Positions 19,153 to 29,684 of a DNA stretch of 64,000 nt are shown here, one piece after another; position 1 is the first letter of the stretch; each line of letters starts with the position of its first letter. Source of the DNA: Gammaproteobacteria bacterium (GTDB lineage: Bacteria > Pseudomonadota > Gammaproteobacteria > GCA-001735895); the NCBI GenBank assembly GCA_050298595.1, contig JBNKUM010000048.1, positions 32,001 to 96,000 on the forward strand. The letters run 5' to 3'. The notes under the pieces are model-generated. The model was not told where the DNA came from, made no database searches, and worked only from the letters and a program-made list of their open reading frames with translations. A program made the position numbers and the translations under genes.

Positions 19153-19560
19153 GGTCTGTTAACTGGCCTTGGTTTTTTTGGGGTTAGGTCGACTTTATCG
19201 TTGCTAGCCTCAATATTGAATCTGCGGCGTATGTAGAAAGCAGTACACTGCAGACTTAACGCAGTTTTCACCAGAGATAGCCTTTACCTCTGGTGATGAC
19301 ACATCCTTTCGCTTTTACTATAAACCATCCCCTACCCTACCTTTGTATAACAGTACCTGAATCATAGATAAACATCTTCAGAATTTCTTGCTTTGGTACA
19401 ATTCAATTTGCCCCAATACTTCCTGTCGTGATCTTGCGAAAACAGATTTATACGGTAATACTCCTTACCCGTGTTTGTATACAGCTAAAATCAGTCGATT
19501 ATTAAACCATCCTTAGTTTAAAGACTAAGAATAAAAACTCTTACAGCTTATGATTTATTT

Positions 19561-20562
19561 ATGACAATTCCTGTAACCATCTGTGATGATTCGTCATTCG
19601 CTCGAAAGCAAATAGCACGCGCTTTACCCGAGCATTGGGATATTAATATGACGTTTGCAAGTAATGGGAATGAAGGCCTGCAAGCTGTACGCCAGAACCT
19701 GGCTGAGGTGCTGTTTCTTGATTTAACCATGCCAGAGATGGATGGTTTCGAAGTACTGGGTCATATCTTTAACGAACAACTGAATTCTGTTGTTATTGTT
19801 GTGTCAGGGGACATCCAACCCGAAGCAAGAGAGCGTGTAATGTCACTGGGTGCGATTGCTTTTATCAAAAAACCCTGCAGCGCGGAAGAAATCACTGAGA
19901 TCCTGCAACAGTTCGGCCTCATGAATGAGCTGATCGAAGGCTCTAACCAAGTGTTGGAAACCATCGAATCAACCCAGATCCCCCTGCAAAATGTGTATCA
20001 GGAAATTGCCAACATCGCGATGGGTAAGGCAGCCGACCTGCTAGCGCGTCATATGGATGCATTTATCGTGTTGCCGGTACCTTCGGTAAAGACGATAGAG
20101 CTCAGTGAACTGCAAATGGCACTACAGTCCATCGTAGGTGATCAACAAATACTTTCAGTTTTCCAGGGTTTTATTGGCAAAAGTATCGCGGGTGAAGCAC
20201 TATTGATTTTTAATAATTCCAGTTTTAGTGACATTGCCAAATTACTCAAGTACGAAGGTGAGATAGATGCCAATGCTGAATCTGAATTAATGATGGATAT
20301 GGCCAGTATATTAATCGGTACCTTTTTGAAAGCGTTTGCCGAACAACTGGATATCCAGTTCAGCCAAGGACATCCAAAAATTTTACAGGATGCTCATATT
20401 ATAGATCTTATGAGGCCGGAATGTATTAAATGGAAGCAAACCTTATCGATTGAAATTGATTACAGAATCGAAGGATACGATGTAAATTGCGATTTATTAT
20501 TGCTGTTTACAGAAGATTCGATCAATGAGCTAAACAGTAGAGTATCCTGTTACGCATCATGA
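19561..20562 (+). CDS. Response regulator with C-terminal CheC-like domain
   Basis: REC motifs ICDDS, FLDLTMP, KKP; CheC-like QEIANIAMGKAADLL. Confidence 0.88.
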   Translation: MTIPVTICDDSSFARKQIARALPEHWDINMTFASNGNEGLQAVRQNLAEVLFLDLTMPEMDGFEVLGHIFNEQLNSVVIVVSGDIQPEARERVMSLGAIAFIKKPCSAEEITEILQQFGLMNELIEGSNQVLETIESTQIPLQNVYQEIANIAMGKAADLLARHMDAFIVLPVPSVKTIELSELQMALQSIVGDQQILSVFQGFIGKSIAGEALLIFNNSSFSDIAKLLKYEGEIDANAESELMMDMASILIGTFLKAFAEQLDIQFSQGHPKILQDAHIIDLMRPECIKWKQTLSIEIDYRIEGYDVNCDLLLLFTEDSINELNSRVSCYAS

Positions 20563-21530
20563 GTATCAATACAAACGCTAGTACAGAGATCAGGGAACTC
20601 CACTGGATGATGGATATGTTAACCAACGTCGATGTTGGCCTGGTGGTATTAGATGCATCGCACAAGATCCAGATGTGGAATCGTTTTATGGAAGACCACA
20701 GCGGTATTCTTGAGAGTGAAGCAAAATATAGAAATATCTTTGGCCTGTTTCCAGAATTACCCGAAGCCTGGTTCATGCATAAAATTAATTCCGTGTTTAC
20801 CCTGCAATGCCGAGCTTTTTCTACCTGGGAGCAACGCCCCTACCTGTTCAAGTTCAAGAATTATCGCCCCATTACCGGTACCGAAGAGTTTATGTACCAG
20901 AATACCACCATGATCCCTCTGGTATCTGCGGATGGCGAAATCAATCATGTTTGCCTGTTGATTTACGATGTGACTGACGAAGCCGTCAGTCAAAAAGAGA
21001 TGCAACGCCTGAATAATGAACTGGAGCAAATCAGCCGTATAGACCGATTAACAGGACTGAATAATCGAGGATTCTGGGAAGAAAGTTTTCAGCATGAATT
21101 TGAACGTTGTAAACGCTATAAAACAGTTTCCTCAGCCATTATGTTTGATATCGATCATTTTAAAAAGGTGAATGATAACTATGGACATCAGGCAGGGGAT
21201 GAAGTGATACGAAAAACAGCTAAAATGGTCAGGAATATGATTCGTAAAACCGATGTCGCTGGACGTTATGGTGGTGAAGAGTTCGTGATTTACCTGCCCA
21301 ATACATCAGCAGATAATGCAAAAATATTTGCTGAAAGATTACGTCAGAATATTGAAAAAACAGAAGTAAAACATGAAGCGCTCCGCATCAAGATTACGAT
21401 CAGTATAGGCATATGCGAATTTCATGAATCCCTGTCGAATCATGAAAAGTGGATCGAAAAAGCGGACCAGGCCTTATACCTGTGCAAGAAACAGGGGCGT
21501 AACCAGACAGGCATTGCCATCTTTGATTAA
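20559..21530 (+). CDS. PAS-GGDEF diguanylate cyclase
   Basis: DIDHFKKVND.YGH..GD, RKTD I-site, RYGGEEF; overlaps the upstream stop codon (ATGA). Confidence 0.93.
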   Translation: MSINTNASTEIRELHWMMDMLTNVDVGLVVLDASHKIQMWNRFMEDHSGILESEAKYRNIFGLFPELPEAWFMHKINSVFTLQCRAFSTWEQRPYLFKFKNYRPITGTEEFMYQNTTMIPLVSADGEINHVCLLIYDVTDEAVSQKEMQRLNNELEQISRIDRLTGLNNRGFWEESFQHEFERCKRYKTVSSAIMFDIDHFKKVNDNYGHQAGDEVIRKTAKMVRNMIRKTDVAGRYGGEEFVIYLPNTSADNAKIFAERLRQNIEKTEVKHEALRIKITISIGICEFHESLSNHEKWIEKADQALYLCKKQGRNQTGIAIFD

Positions 21531-21721
21531 TACCTGATGTTGGCCCTACCCCCGCTTACTATCTCATCATTTTACCAATAACCTGAAAGAAACTATACTG
21601 CCTCTAAAAATGAGTGGATAAATAATAAGGCTGGCTTTCAAATATGTATTCAGATTCCAACGGATTTTGAATACTACGGTTAGATTTACATGAAGCCGCT
21701 TCACCAACCAGGAGGTGCTCC

Positions 21722-22012
21722 ATGAATCAAGATGAAAAAATGAAGTTAGGGATGTGCTGGTTTGATGCAGAACAATGGCAGCTTCTAAAAGAATTAGACC
21801 CTGAAGGTACTGATGACGGCTATGAGGAATGGCGCAAACAAGCCAATTCAGCGTTCTCTGAATTACGCGCGGCCGGCCATAATATCGTCAAGGTTTCGAT
21901 AAAAATTAACGATCTACTGGCTTGGTGTAAAGAGCACGGGAAAGACCCCGTTAGTTCATCCAGGTCTGAGTTCGCGGCATTTAAGCTACAGATGAAAGAT
22001 AAAGGAAATTAA
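21722..22012 (+). CDS. Hypothetical protein
   Basis: Strong AGGAGGT RBS; 96 aa. Confidence 0.7.
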   Translation: MNQDEKMKLGMCWFDAEQWQLLKELDPEGTDDGYEEWRKQANSAFSELRAAGHNIVKVSIKINDLLAWCKEHGKDPVSSSRSEFAAFKLQMKDKGN

Positions 22013-22112
22013 ACCTAATCAGTAGGTAAAATTTTCCTGTTATGCGAGCTGGGGGCTCCTCTGAACTCCAGCTCCTTAGTTCAAAAGCAGCTGTAAGAAA
22101 ATCAGGATTTCT

Positions 22113-22868
22113 ATGAAAAACATTAAGGAAAACCATTTTGAATACTCCCTGATTGGTACTGGTGAGCAAAGTATTGTTTTTCTAAATGGATTCAGGATGA
22201 AGTTTGACAGTTGGGATAAGGTTTGCGTAAACATCCTCGCTGATTACCAGTTACTTCTTTTTAATAGATCTGGCGTTGGAGCATCAAACAGGGCGAAAAC
22301 CCGGCAAACAGGGAATGTGATTGTTAATGAACTGCATGAATTCTTATCCAGCCTGGATATCAAACCGCCGCATCTTCTTGTTGCACATTCATTGGGTGGC
22401 ATCTATGCCAATCTATACGCTCGCAATTTTCCTGATGATGTTGCAGGGGTTGTGTTTGTTGATACCCCTCACCCGTCTGAAATCTATGAGCAACGCAGAT
22501 TCAAAGCACCGATTATTTTGCGGGCAATAAATGAGGGATTAAAACGTATTGAGAAATGGTTCGATGAATTCAAATACTCCGAGGACGAATGCATAGAAGA
22601 AACCGTTTTACAAATTGAAAGCGCTGGTCCATTTCCAAATATTCCAGTTGCAGTTGTGACAGGGATAAAGAAAATGCCCTTTGTACCCCAGGCGGCATTT
22701 GATACACATCTGCATTACCAGGAAAAACTACTTGAACTGACGGCTCACTGCAGGCAGTACAGATGTAGGGGAAGTGGTCACTTCCCACAGATAACTGAGC
22801 CATTAATTGTAGCAAAGGCAATCTATGAAACCGCAAATGATGCAAAAAGACCACTTACGATCGGCTAA
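22113..22868 (+). CDS. Alpha/beta hydrolase
   Basis: Nucleophile motif VAHSLGG, FNRSGVGAS, SGHF. Confidence 0.88.
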   Translation: MKNIKENHFEYSLIGTGEQSIVFLNGFRMKFDSWDKVCVNILADYQLLLFNRSGVGASNRAKTRQTGNVIVNELHEFLSSLDIKPPHLLVAHSLGGIYANLYARNFPDDVAGVVFVDTPHPSEIYEQRRFKAPIILRAINEGLKRIEKWFDEFKYSEDECIEETVLQIESAGPFPNIPVAVVTGIKKMPFVPQAAFDTHLHYQEKLLELTAHCRQYRCRGSGHFPQITEPLIVAKAIYETANDAKRPLTIG

Positions 22869-23213
22869 ACAGGGACATCAAACTCTGTAGAGAGGTAGTT
22901 AACCATGACAGACCAGGTTATATATCTATTCATAACTTTTGCTGCTATCCGTCCTTTTCATTACCACTAACCCTGACGAATCAATTAAAATCTCTGAAAA
23001 GTTGGCTACTGCGGTTGAAAAATTCACCGATGACAATAGTGAAGAGGAAACTGCTAACAGCGATTTTCTGAAAACGAGATCACCTATGCACGTTACATGG
23101 AAGCGGCCAGGGATTTGTACAAGGGTTGGTTCCGTAATCTAAGAGAGGTTGTTGTCTCACTTAAAAGTGTAAATCAGCCGATATCAATCGACTGAGAGAT
23201 CAGGTTAGCAAGC

Positions 23214-23720
23214 TTGCACTTGATTCTGATAAAAACTCTGCTGAAATTTCAACAATCAATGAGCGTATATCTATTCATGACCAACAACATCAGCGCGTTA
23301 AGGAACTCTATACCCTCAACTTCCGATACGGTGAATGTCGAAGTACCTCCGGCACCTTTTTCTCTAATCCAGAAATCTGCTTTTTATGCTGCAGCAGAAG
23401 ACCTGGTCGCAGGAGGTAAGACCGCTATCTATGATGGCGTGGTCGTTTCTTTATCCTTATTGCTGGACGCAAAGAAAGCCGAACCCGATGCCGAATTGAT
23501 GCTGTTTGTTTTATCCGATGGAGAGAATACGGATGGATTGAATCTGGGGGATGTTGAAGAAGTGGTTTCTTCACTGGGTATTCCGATTTATACCATCGCT
23601 TATGGAGAAGATTTACCGGAGCTTAAACAATTATCGAGTCTGGTCGAGGCTACCATGGTCAAAGCCAATGAAGGCAATGCCGCCTTCACAATAGGTAACT
23701 TACTGAATGCCCAGATGTAG
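23214..23720 (+). pseudogene. C-terminal VWA-domain fragment
   Basis: GGKTAIYDGV, FVLSDGENTDG, IPIYTIAYG; lacks the N-terminal MIDAS DxSxS and a credible start. Confidence 0.6.
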
Positions 23721-23728
23721 AAACTGAT

Positions 23729-24139
23729 ATGAAAATTTTCGCAAAATGGCTGTTGTTCAGCTTATTACTGTATTCATCAACAGGCATGGGGCTGCATTTT
23801 TACTATTCAGTATATCCCGCGAAAACATTTGTGTTACTGGACGCTTTATCTGGCATGAAGGCCAAATGGAGTGTTGCAAAAAGCAAGCTTGATTCTCTTA
23901 CCCATAATGCTTCCTATCAAGAATTCGCATTAGCCTCGGGTAAGAACAAAGTCCATGCCTGGTCAGACTCACTGGATATAGGTACCACACTCACCTATGG
24001 TCCGAGAAAAATCACCAGGTACTTAAGCACGACAGACATGAACGAAATCGAAGAAGCTGATCAGAAAATAGTCATAACAAACGATGCTATAAGCGCTCAA
24101 CAGTTCGAAGATAAAGGGAGGGTAGCAATCCGTCTTTAG
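23729..24139 (+). CDS. Hypothetical exported/membrane protein associated with the VWA fragment
   Basis: Hydrophobic N-terminus; starts 8 bp after the VWA fragment. Confidence 0.55.
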   Translation: MKIFAKWLLFSLLLYSSTGMGLHFYYSVYPAKTFVLLDALSGMKAKWSVAKSKLDSLTHNASYQEFALASGKNKVHAWSDSLDIGTTLTYGPRKITRYLSTTDMNEIEEADQKIVITNDAISAQQFEDKGRVAIRL

Positions 24140-24312
24140 GTATTTCCTGAATCAGTAGAATTGTTGATCGAAAGTATCTTAAATAAATCATATACATTCC
24201 AAATCTGGCATAATAGACATCTTAAAAAAATGGATACGACCTCCATTTTCATCAACCATCCAATTAGCAATCTTTTGCTTCTGATAGAAGCTACAACTGC
24301 GGAACCCATCTA

Positions 24313-26505
24313 ATGGAAATCAAAGTTAATTTCCTCGACAATCTCAGACTTGAAGCCAGGTTTGATGACTTTACTGTGATCAGTGATCAACCCATTCGTT
24401 ATAAGGGGGATGGTTCAGCGCCTGGTCCGTTTGATTACTTCCTGGCGTCATCCGCGCTTTGTGCGGCCTACTTTGTGCGGGTGTATTGTCTGTCACGCGA
24501 TATTCCAACTGACGATATCCGCCTGTCACAGAATAATATTGTTGATCCCGAGAACCGATACAACCAGATTTTCCAGATTAAGGTTGAGCTTCCAGAAAGT
24601 ATTTCGGAAAAACACCGTCAGGGCATCTTGCGCTCAATTGATCGCTGTACTGTTAAGAAGGTGGTTCAGCAAGGCCCCGAGTTTACTACCGAACTGGTTG
24701 AGAACCTGGAACAGGATGCTCAGGCCATGCTAATGGCCCAACCCGATGCTGATTCCAGCACATTGATTCTGGGCAAGGATTTACCCCTTGAAGACACTAT
24801 CGCAAATATGACGGGTATTCTGGCCGGGCTGGGGATGAAGATTGAAATCTCATCCTGGCGCAATATCGTGCCCCACGTGTGGTCACTACATATTCGTGAT
24901 GCGGCGTCGCCGATGTGCTTTACCAATGGCAAGGGTGCCACTAAAGAAAGTGCGCTTTGCTCAGCGCTGGGTGAATTTATCGAACGCCTTAGTTGCAATT
25001 TCTTTTACAACGATCAGTATTTTGGTGATGAGATTGCACATAGTGATTTTGTGCATTACCCGAATGAAAAATGGTTTCCCCTGCAAGCTGATGATGCGCT
25101 TCCACAGGGCATCCTGGATGACTACTGCCTGGACATTTTTAATCCCGAGGGTGAACTTCGAGGCTCTCATTTAATTGATACGAATTCAGGCCTGATTGAA
25201 CGAGGGGTTTGTTGTATCCCCTATCGACGTCATTCCGATGGCGAGCTTGTGTACTTCCCATCAAATTTGATAGAGAACCTTTTTTTAAGCAACGGTATGA
25301 GTGCGGGTAACAATCTGTATGAGGCTGAGGTTCAATGCCTGTCAGAGATCTTCGAGCGTGCGGTAAAGAGACAGATCATACAGGAAGAAATCGCCCTGCC
25401 CGATGTACCGCAGCAGGTGCTGGAAAAATACCCGGATATTATGCAGGGCATTCAGGCGCTAGAGACGCAGGGCTTCCCGGTATTAATCAAGGATGCATCA
25501 TTGGGTGGTCAATTTCCCGTCATGTGCGTAACGCTGATGAACCCTAGAACCGGTGGTGTGTTTGCCTCGTTCGGAGCTCACCCCAGTTTTGAGGTTGCGC
25601 TGGAACGTAGCTTAACCGAGCTGTTGCAGGGGCGTAGTTTTGAAGGTCTGAATGATGTACCCCGACCTACCTTTAATAGCCTGGCCGTGACTGAACCAGA
25701 AAATTTTGTGGAGCATTTTATTGATTCAACAGGTGTAATTTCCTGGCGTTTTTTCAGTGCTAAACAGGATTATGAATTCTATGAATGGGATTTTTCAGGC
25801 ACTAACCAACAGGAGAGTGATTACCTGTTCTCAATTCTAGAGAACCTGGGTAAAGAAGCGTATGTTGCCGTGTTTGATAACCCAGGTGCCGCAGCCTGCC
25901 GTATTCTTGTTCCTGACTATTCTGAAATCTATCCGGTAGAGGATCTGATCTGGGACAATACGAACAAGGCACTGCAATACCGCGCAGACATTTTGAATCT
26001 ACATGCGTTGAACAATGAGTCCTTAGCCAGTTTGTTAGCGCGTCTGGAGGAAAACCAGCTGGATAACTACACCGATATTCGAACCCTTATTGGTATTGAG
26101 TTTGATGAAAATACAGTGTGGGGACAACTGACTATCCTGGAACTGAAAATCCTGATCAACCTGGCTTTGAGTGAACTTGAGGAAGCCCTTGATCTGGTAG
26201 CAGAGTTCCTGCAATACAATGACAACACCGTCGAGCGCGGATTATTCTATCAGGCAGTGCACACCGTATTGGAGATCATGCTGGATGAAGAACTGCAGCT
26301 TGAGGATTTCATTAGCAACCTGCAGCGAATGTTTGGTGAAGAAACCATGGCCAACGTTGTCGGCTCGGTAAATGGTCAGGTTAAATTCTTTGGGTTAACC
26401 CCAACCAGCATGAAACTGGAGGGCCTGGACAAACATCTTCGGCTTATAGAGAGCTATAAGAAGCTGCACAAGGCCCGCGCAACTATGGCGAAAGCTGCCA
26501 GTTGA
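24313..26505 (+). CDS. OsmC-domain / YcaO-domain protein
   Basis: OsmC part DQPIRYKGDGSAPGPFDYFLAS..LC and RCTVKK; YcaO part NGKG...SALGEFIER, SNGMSAGN, EIFER, ALERSLTELLQGR. Confidence 0.92.
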   Translation: MEIKVNFLDNLRLEARFDDFTVISDQPIRYKGDGSAPGPFDYFLASSALCAAYFVRVYCLSRDIPTDDIRLSQNNIVDPENRYNQIFQIKVELPESISEKHRQGILRSIDRCTVKKVVQQGPEFTTELVENLEQDAQAMLMAQPDADSSTLILGKDLPLEDTIANMTGILAGLGMKIEISSWRNIVPHVWSLHIRDAASPMCFTNGKGATKESALCSALGEFIERLSCNFFYNDQYFGDEIAHSDFVHYPNEKWFPLQADDALPQGILDDYCLDIFNPEGELRGSHLIDTNSGLIERGVCCIPYRRHSDGELVYFPSNLIENLFLSNGMSAGNNLYEAEVQCLSEIFERAVKRQIIQEEIALPDVPQQVLEKYPDIMQGIQALETQGFPVLIKDASLGGQFPVMCVTLMNPRTGGVFASFGAHPSFEVALERSLTELLQGRSFEGLNDVPRPTFNSLAVTEPENFVEHFIDSTGVISWRFFSAKQDYEFYEWDFSGTNQQESDYLFSILENLGKEAYVAVFDNPGAAACRILVPDYSEIYPVEDLIWDNTNKALQYRADILNLHALNNESLASLLARLEENQLDNYTDIRTLIGIEFDENTVWGQLTILELKILINLALSELEEALDLVAEFLQYNDNTVERGLFYQAVHTVLEIMLDEELQLEDFISNLQRMFGEETMANVVGSVNGQVKFFGLTPTSMKLEGLDKHLRLIESYKKLHKARATMAKAAS

Positions 26506-26525
26506 TACAGTATTAAAGAATTGCT

Positions 26526-29500
26526 TCAGCCCTTATGTGCTAGCAACTCTTCAAACTCAGGCAGGGCAACGGGTTTACTAAATAAATACCCCTGATAGGT
26601 GGTGCAGCCATGTTGTTCCAGAAATTGTCTCTGTGCTTCGGTTTCCACGCCCTCAGCAATAACCGATAGTCTCAGACTCTGAGCCATTGTGATAATGGTC
26701 TGAGTCACCACAGCATCATCTGAATTCTCTGGCAAATGGTCAATAAAGGATCTGTCAATCTTAAGCTGCCCTAGAGGTAGCCGAGTCAGGTAGGACAGGG
26801 ATGAATAACCCGTGCCAAAATCATCCAGTGAAAACTCCACACCTAATGCCTTGAGAGCATGCATTTTTTTGATCGAGTCTTCGATATCATTGATCAAAAG
26901 ACTTTCTGTCAGTTCGATTTTCAGATATCTGGGCGGTGCCTGTGTCTGCTCCAGTACCTGACGCACCTGATCGACAAAATCGGTCTGCTGAAACTGATAC
27001 TGACTGACATTAACCGCCAGTTGTAATTCACTACAGTGCGCATCTTGCGACCAGATTTTAAGTTGTTTACAGGCAGTTTCCAGCACCCATTGACCAATAG
27101 GCAGAATAAGCCCACTTTCCTCGGCTAACGGAATAAACTGATCTGGCGACACCAGACCACGTTCTGGGTGGTTCCAGCGTATCAGAACCTCTGCACCTAT
27201 AATGCCGCGCTCATTATCGACCTGAGCCTGGTAGTGAAGACAAAACTGCTGATCCTTGATACCGTGCCGTAGTGCGATCTCAAGAGCTGCACGTTCATCC
27301 AGAGAGGTCTGAATTTGTGGATCGAAGTAGCGTAGCGTATTGCGCCCATCATTCTTAGCCTGATACATCGCTATGTCGGCCTGTTTCAGTAGCTCCTGTG
27401 CGCTACTTTGAGTACCCACGAACAAAGTAATCCCTATGCTCGGGGTTATATGGTGTATCTGCTCTGCAAGCTTATACGGCTGACCGAGTGCCTGAAATAC
27501 CTTCTCAGCCACGCGCCTGAGCTTTTCAGAAGCCTCCTGAGAGTTTGTACCCAGATCTTTTAGCATGATCATAAATTCATCGCCACCAAAACGCGCAAGT
27601 GTATCTTCTTTACGCACACAGCTGAGAAGACGCTGGGCGACCTCGATCAATAATTGATCCCCCGCATCGTGCCCGCGGGTATCGTTAAGCACCTTGAAGT
27701 TATCCAGATCGATATACATAAGGGCTCCTCGGTTATCGCTGCGCTCAGCAGCTGATAACGCCTGCTCAAGCCGATCCAGAAGCAGCCGCCGGTTGGGTAA
27801 CTGGGTTAACGAGTCATGATAGGCGAGATGCTCAATCTTCGCTGCTGCCGCCTTGCGCTCTGTAATATCAGTCATGGTACCCACATAATGAGTGACCTTA
27901 CCACTATCCGTCTGTACTGCGGTGATGTTCAACCACACCGGATAGATCTGGCCATTTTTATGGCGATTCCAGATTTCATCCTGCCAGGCACCATTTTGAC
28001 GAATACTGTCCCACATTTTCTGGAAATAATAGTCATCATGTTGATCTGATTTAAGCATATTCGGGCTAGCACCCACCGCCTCCTCAGACGAATAACCGGT
28101 AATCTCGCTAAAGGCAGCGTTGACACGCAGGATGCGAAACTGTGCGTCGGTGATAATGATACCTTCCTGGGCTTCGAATGCCGTGGCCGCAATTCTGATC
28201 TGCTCTTCGGCCTTGTCATGTTCGATACGTCTGCGCAGAGTGACGATACCGAAGGCCAGATCCTCTGCAAGCTCTGATAGCAGGCGTTTCTCTTCCTCTG
28301 GAAAGGCATTCGTTTTTGAAGAGTAGATACACAGGACACCGAACACCTGGTCATTTTCGTCCTTCAGGGGTAAGCCTATACAGGATTGAAAACCATTTTT
28401 CAGGGCCAAATCACGCCAGGGTATTGCCAATGGATCTGTGGCAAAGTTGTCTATGCAGGCTATTTCCCCGCTGCGGATGGCTCTTCCAGTGACACCTTGC
28501 CCGTATACCGTATCCCCCCAGCTGAACTTCGCCTGTAACAGGCTATCATCCTCGGTACCGGCCAGTCCCACCGGAAGGATTGTTTTATCTACGTCGTTTT
28601 GCCGATACCCCACCCAGGCCAGGTGGTAGCCTGCCTCATCACAGATAATACGGCAGATATCATCGAGCAAATCCTGTTCGTCTACGGCGCGCACCAGAAC
28701 CTGATTACAATCACTGATCGCACGTAGTTCCCGATTCAGGCGTTGCAATGTCTCTTCGTCTCTTTTACTTTGGGTAATATCGCGACCAATGGCCAGCACA
28801 CCGACCACACTCCCTTGCGTATCATGCTCCGCATAAAAGCGCAGTTGATGATTGCGCAATTCACCAGTAAAGTTTTTAAGAACCATCTCCATTTCACTTG
28901 ACTCACCCGTTTCAATGACCCGCTGCACATAACCTTCAACCTCAGTATTTAACGCTATTAGGTCATCTTGGCCTGAGTCCGCAGGAGTGCTTTGAGCAAA
29001 TTCCACCGGGGTCTTGCCTAGCAATCGCTCGACATCAATATTCAGGTTCTGCTTTATTGCAGGGTTGTAGTAGATAACGCGGCAGTTCCGATCATAACGG
29101 AGGATATTATCGGGAAAGTTTTCCGCCAGACTACGGTATTCCAGCTCACTCCTGGCAAGCGCTTGCTGTGTCTGTTTGCGCTCGATGATTTCTTTTTTCA
29201 AACTGTCATTGGCTGCTGCCAATTCAGCGGTGCGTTCTACAACGCGTTGTTCCAGATCCTGCTTCGCTTCCTCAAGTTTTAGCGTCAATTCCCTCAGGTG
29301 CAGATGCGTGCTAACTCTTATTAACACCTCCTCCTGTTGCAGCGGCTTGGTGATGTAATCCACTCCACCTGCTTTAAAACCCTTGATCTTGTCTTCCGTT
29401 TGCGTCATTGCCGTCATAAAAATCACCGGGATATCCCGCGTTTTTATATCCGCTTTCAACAGGCGGCAGATTTCATAGCCGTCCAAACCCGGCAACATCA

Positions 29501-29678
29501 CATCCAGTAGAATCAGGTCGGGGAGAGTAGTTTGGGCGATCTTAAGCCCAGTCTCACCGCTACCGGCAACCTTGATTTGAAAACCGGATTGAACCAGATG
29601 CTCAGCCACCACCGCCAGGTTGGCCGGAACATCATCCACAACCAGAATGCTGTGCTTATGCGGATCAGTGATATTCAT
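26526..29678 (-). CDS. REC-PAS-GAF-PAS-GGDEF-EAL c-di-GMP signalling protein
   Basis: LVVDD and LLDVMLP receiver; RFGGDEF; EVLIRW; DDFGTGYSS; AEGVET. Confidence 0.94.
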   Translation of the reverse strand: MNITDPHKHSILVVDDVPANLAVVAEHLVQSGFQIKVAGSGETGLKIAQTTLPDLILLDVMLPGLDGYEICRLLKADIKTRDIPVIFMTAMTQTEDKIKGFKAGGVDYITKPLQQEEVLIRVSTHLHLRELTLKLEEAKQDLEQRVVERTAELAAANDSLKKEIIERKQTQQALARSELEYRSLAENFPDNILRYDRNCRVIYYNPAIKQNLNIDVERLLGKTPVEFAQSTPADSGQDDLIALNTEVEGYVQRVIETGESSEMEMVLKNFTGELRNHQLRFYAEHDTQGSVVGVLAIGRDITQSKRDEETLQRLNRELRAISDCNQVLVRAVDEQDLLDDICRIICDEAGYHLAWVGYRQNDVDKTILPVGLAGTEDDSLLQAKFSWGDTVYGQGVTGRAIRSGEIACIDNFATDPLAIPWRDLALKNGFQSCIGLPLKDENDQVFGVLCIYSSKTNAFPEEEKRLLSELAEDLAFGIVTLRRRIEHDKAEEQIRIAATAFEAQEGIIITDAQFRILRVNAAFSEITGYSSEEAVGASPNMLKSDQHDDYYFQKMWDSIRQNGAWQDEIWNRHKNGQIYPVWLNITAVQTDSGKVTHYVGTMTDITERKAAAAKIEHLAYHDSLTQLPNRRLLLDRLEQALSAAERSDNRGALMYIDLDNFKVLNDTRGHDAGDQLLIEVAQRLLSCVRKEDTLARFGGDEFMIMLKDLGTNSQEASEKLRRVAEKVFQALGQPYKLAEQIHHITPSIGITLFVGTQSSAQELLKQADIAMYQAKNDGRNTLRYFDPQIQTSLDERAALEIALRHGIKDQQFCLHYQAQVDNERGIIGAEVLIRWNHPERGLVSPDQFIPLAEESGLILPIGQWVLETACKQLKIWSQDAHCSELQLAVNVSQYQFQQTDFVDQVRQVLEQTQAPPRYLKIELTESLLINDIEDSIKKMHALKALGVEFSLDDFGTGYSSLSYLTRLPLGQLKIDRSFIDHLPENSDDAVVTQTIITMAQSLRLSVIAEGVETEAQRQFLEQHGCTTYQGYLFSKPVALPEFEELLAHKG

Positions 29679-29684
29679 AGCTGA

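Noticed and set aside
19269-19297. 9-bp inverted repeat TCACCAGAG/CTCTGGTGA
   Set aside because: Isolated hairpin without a 3' U-tract or other copies; at most a weak terminator.
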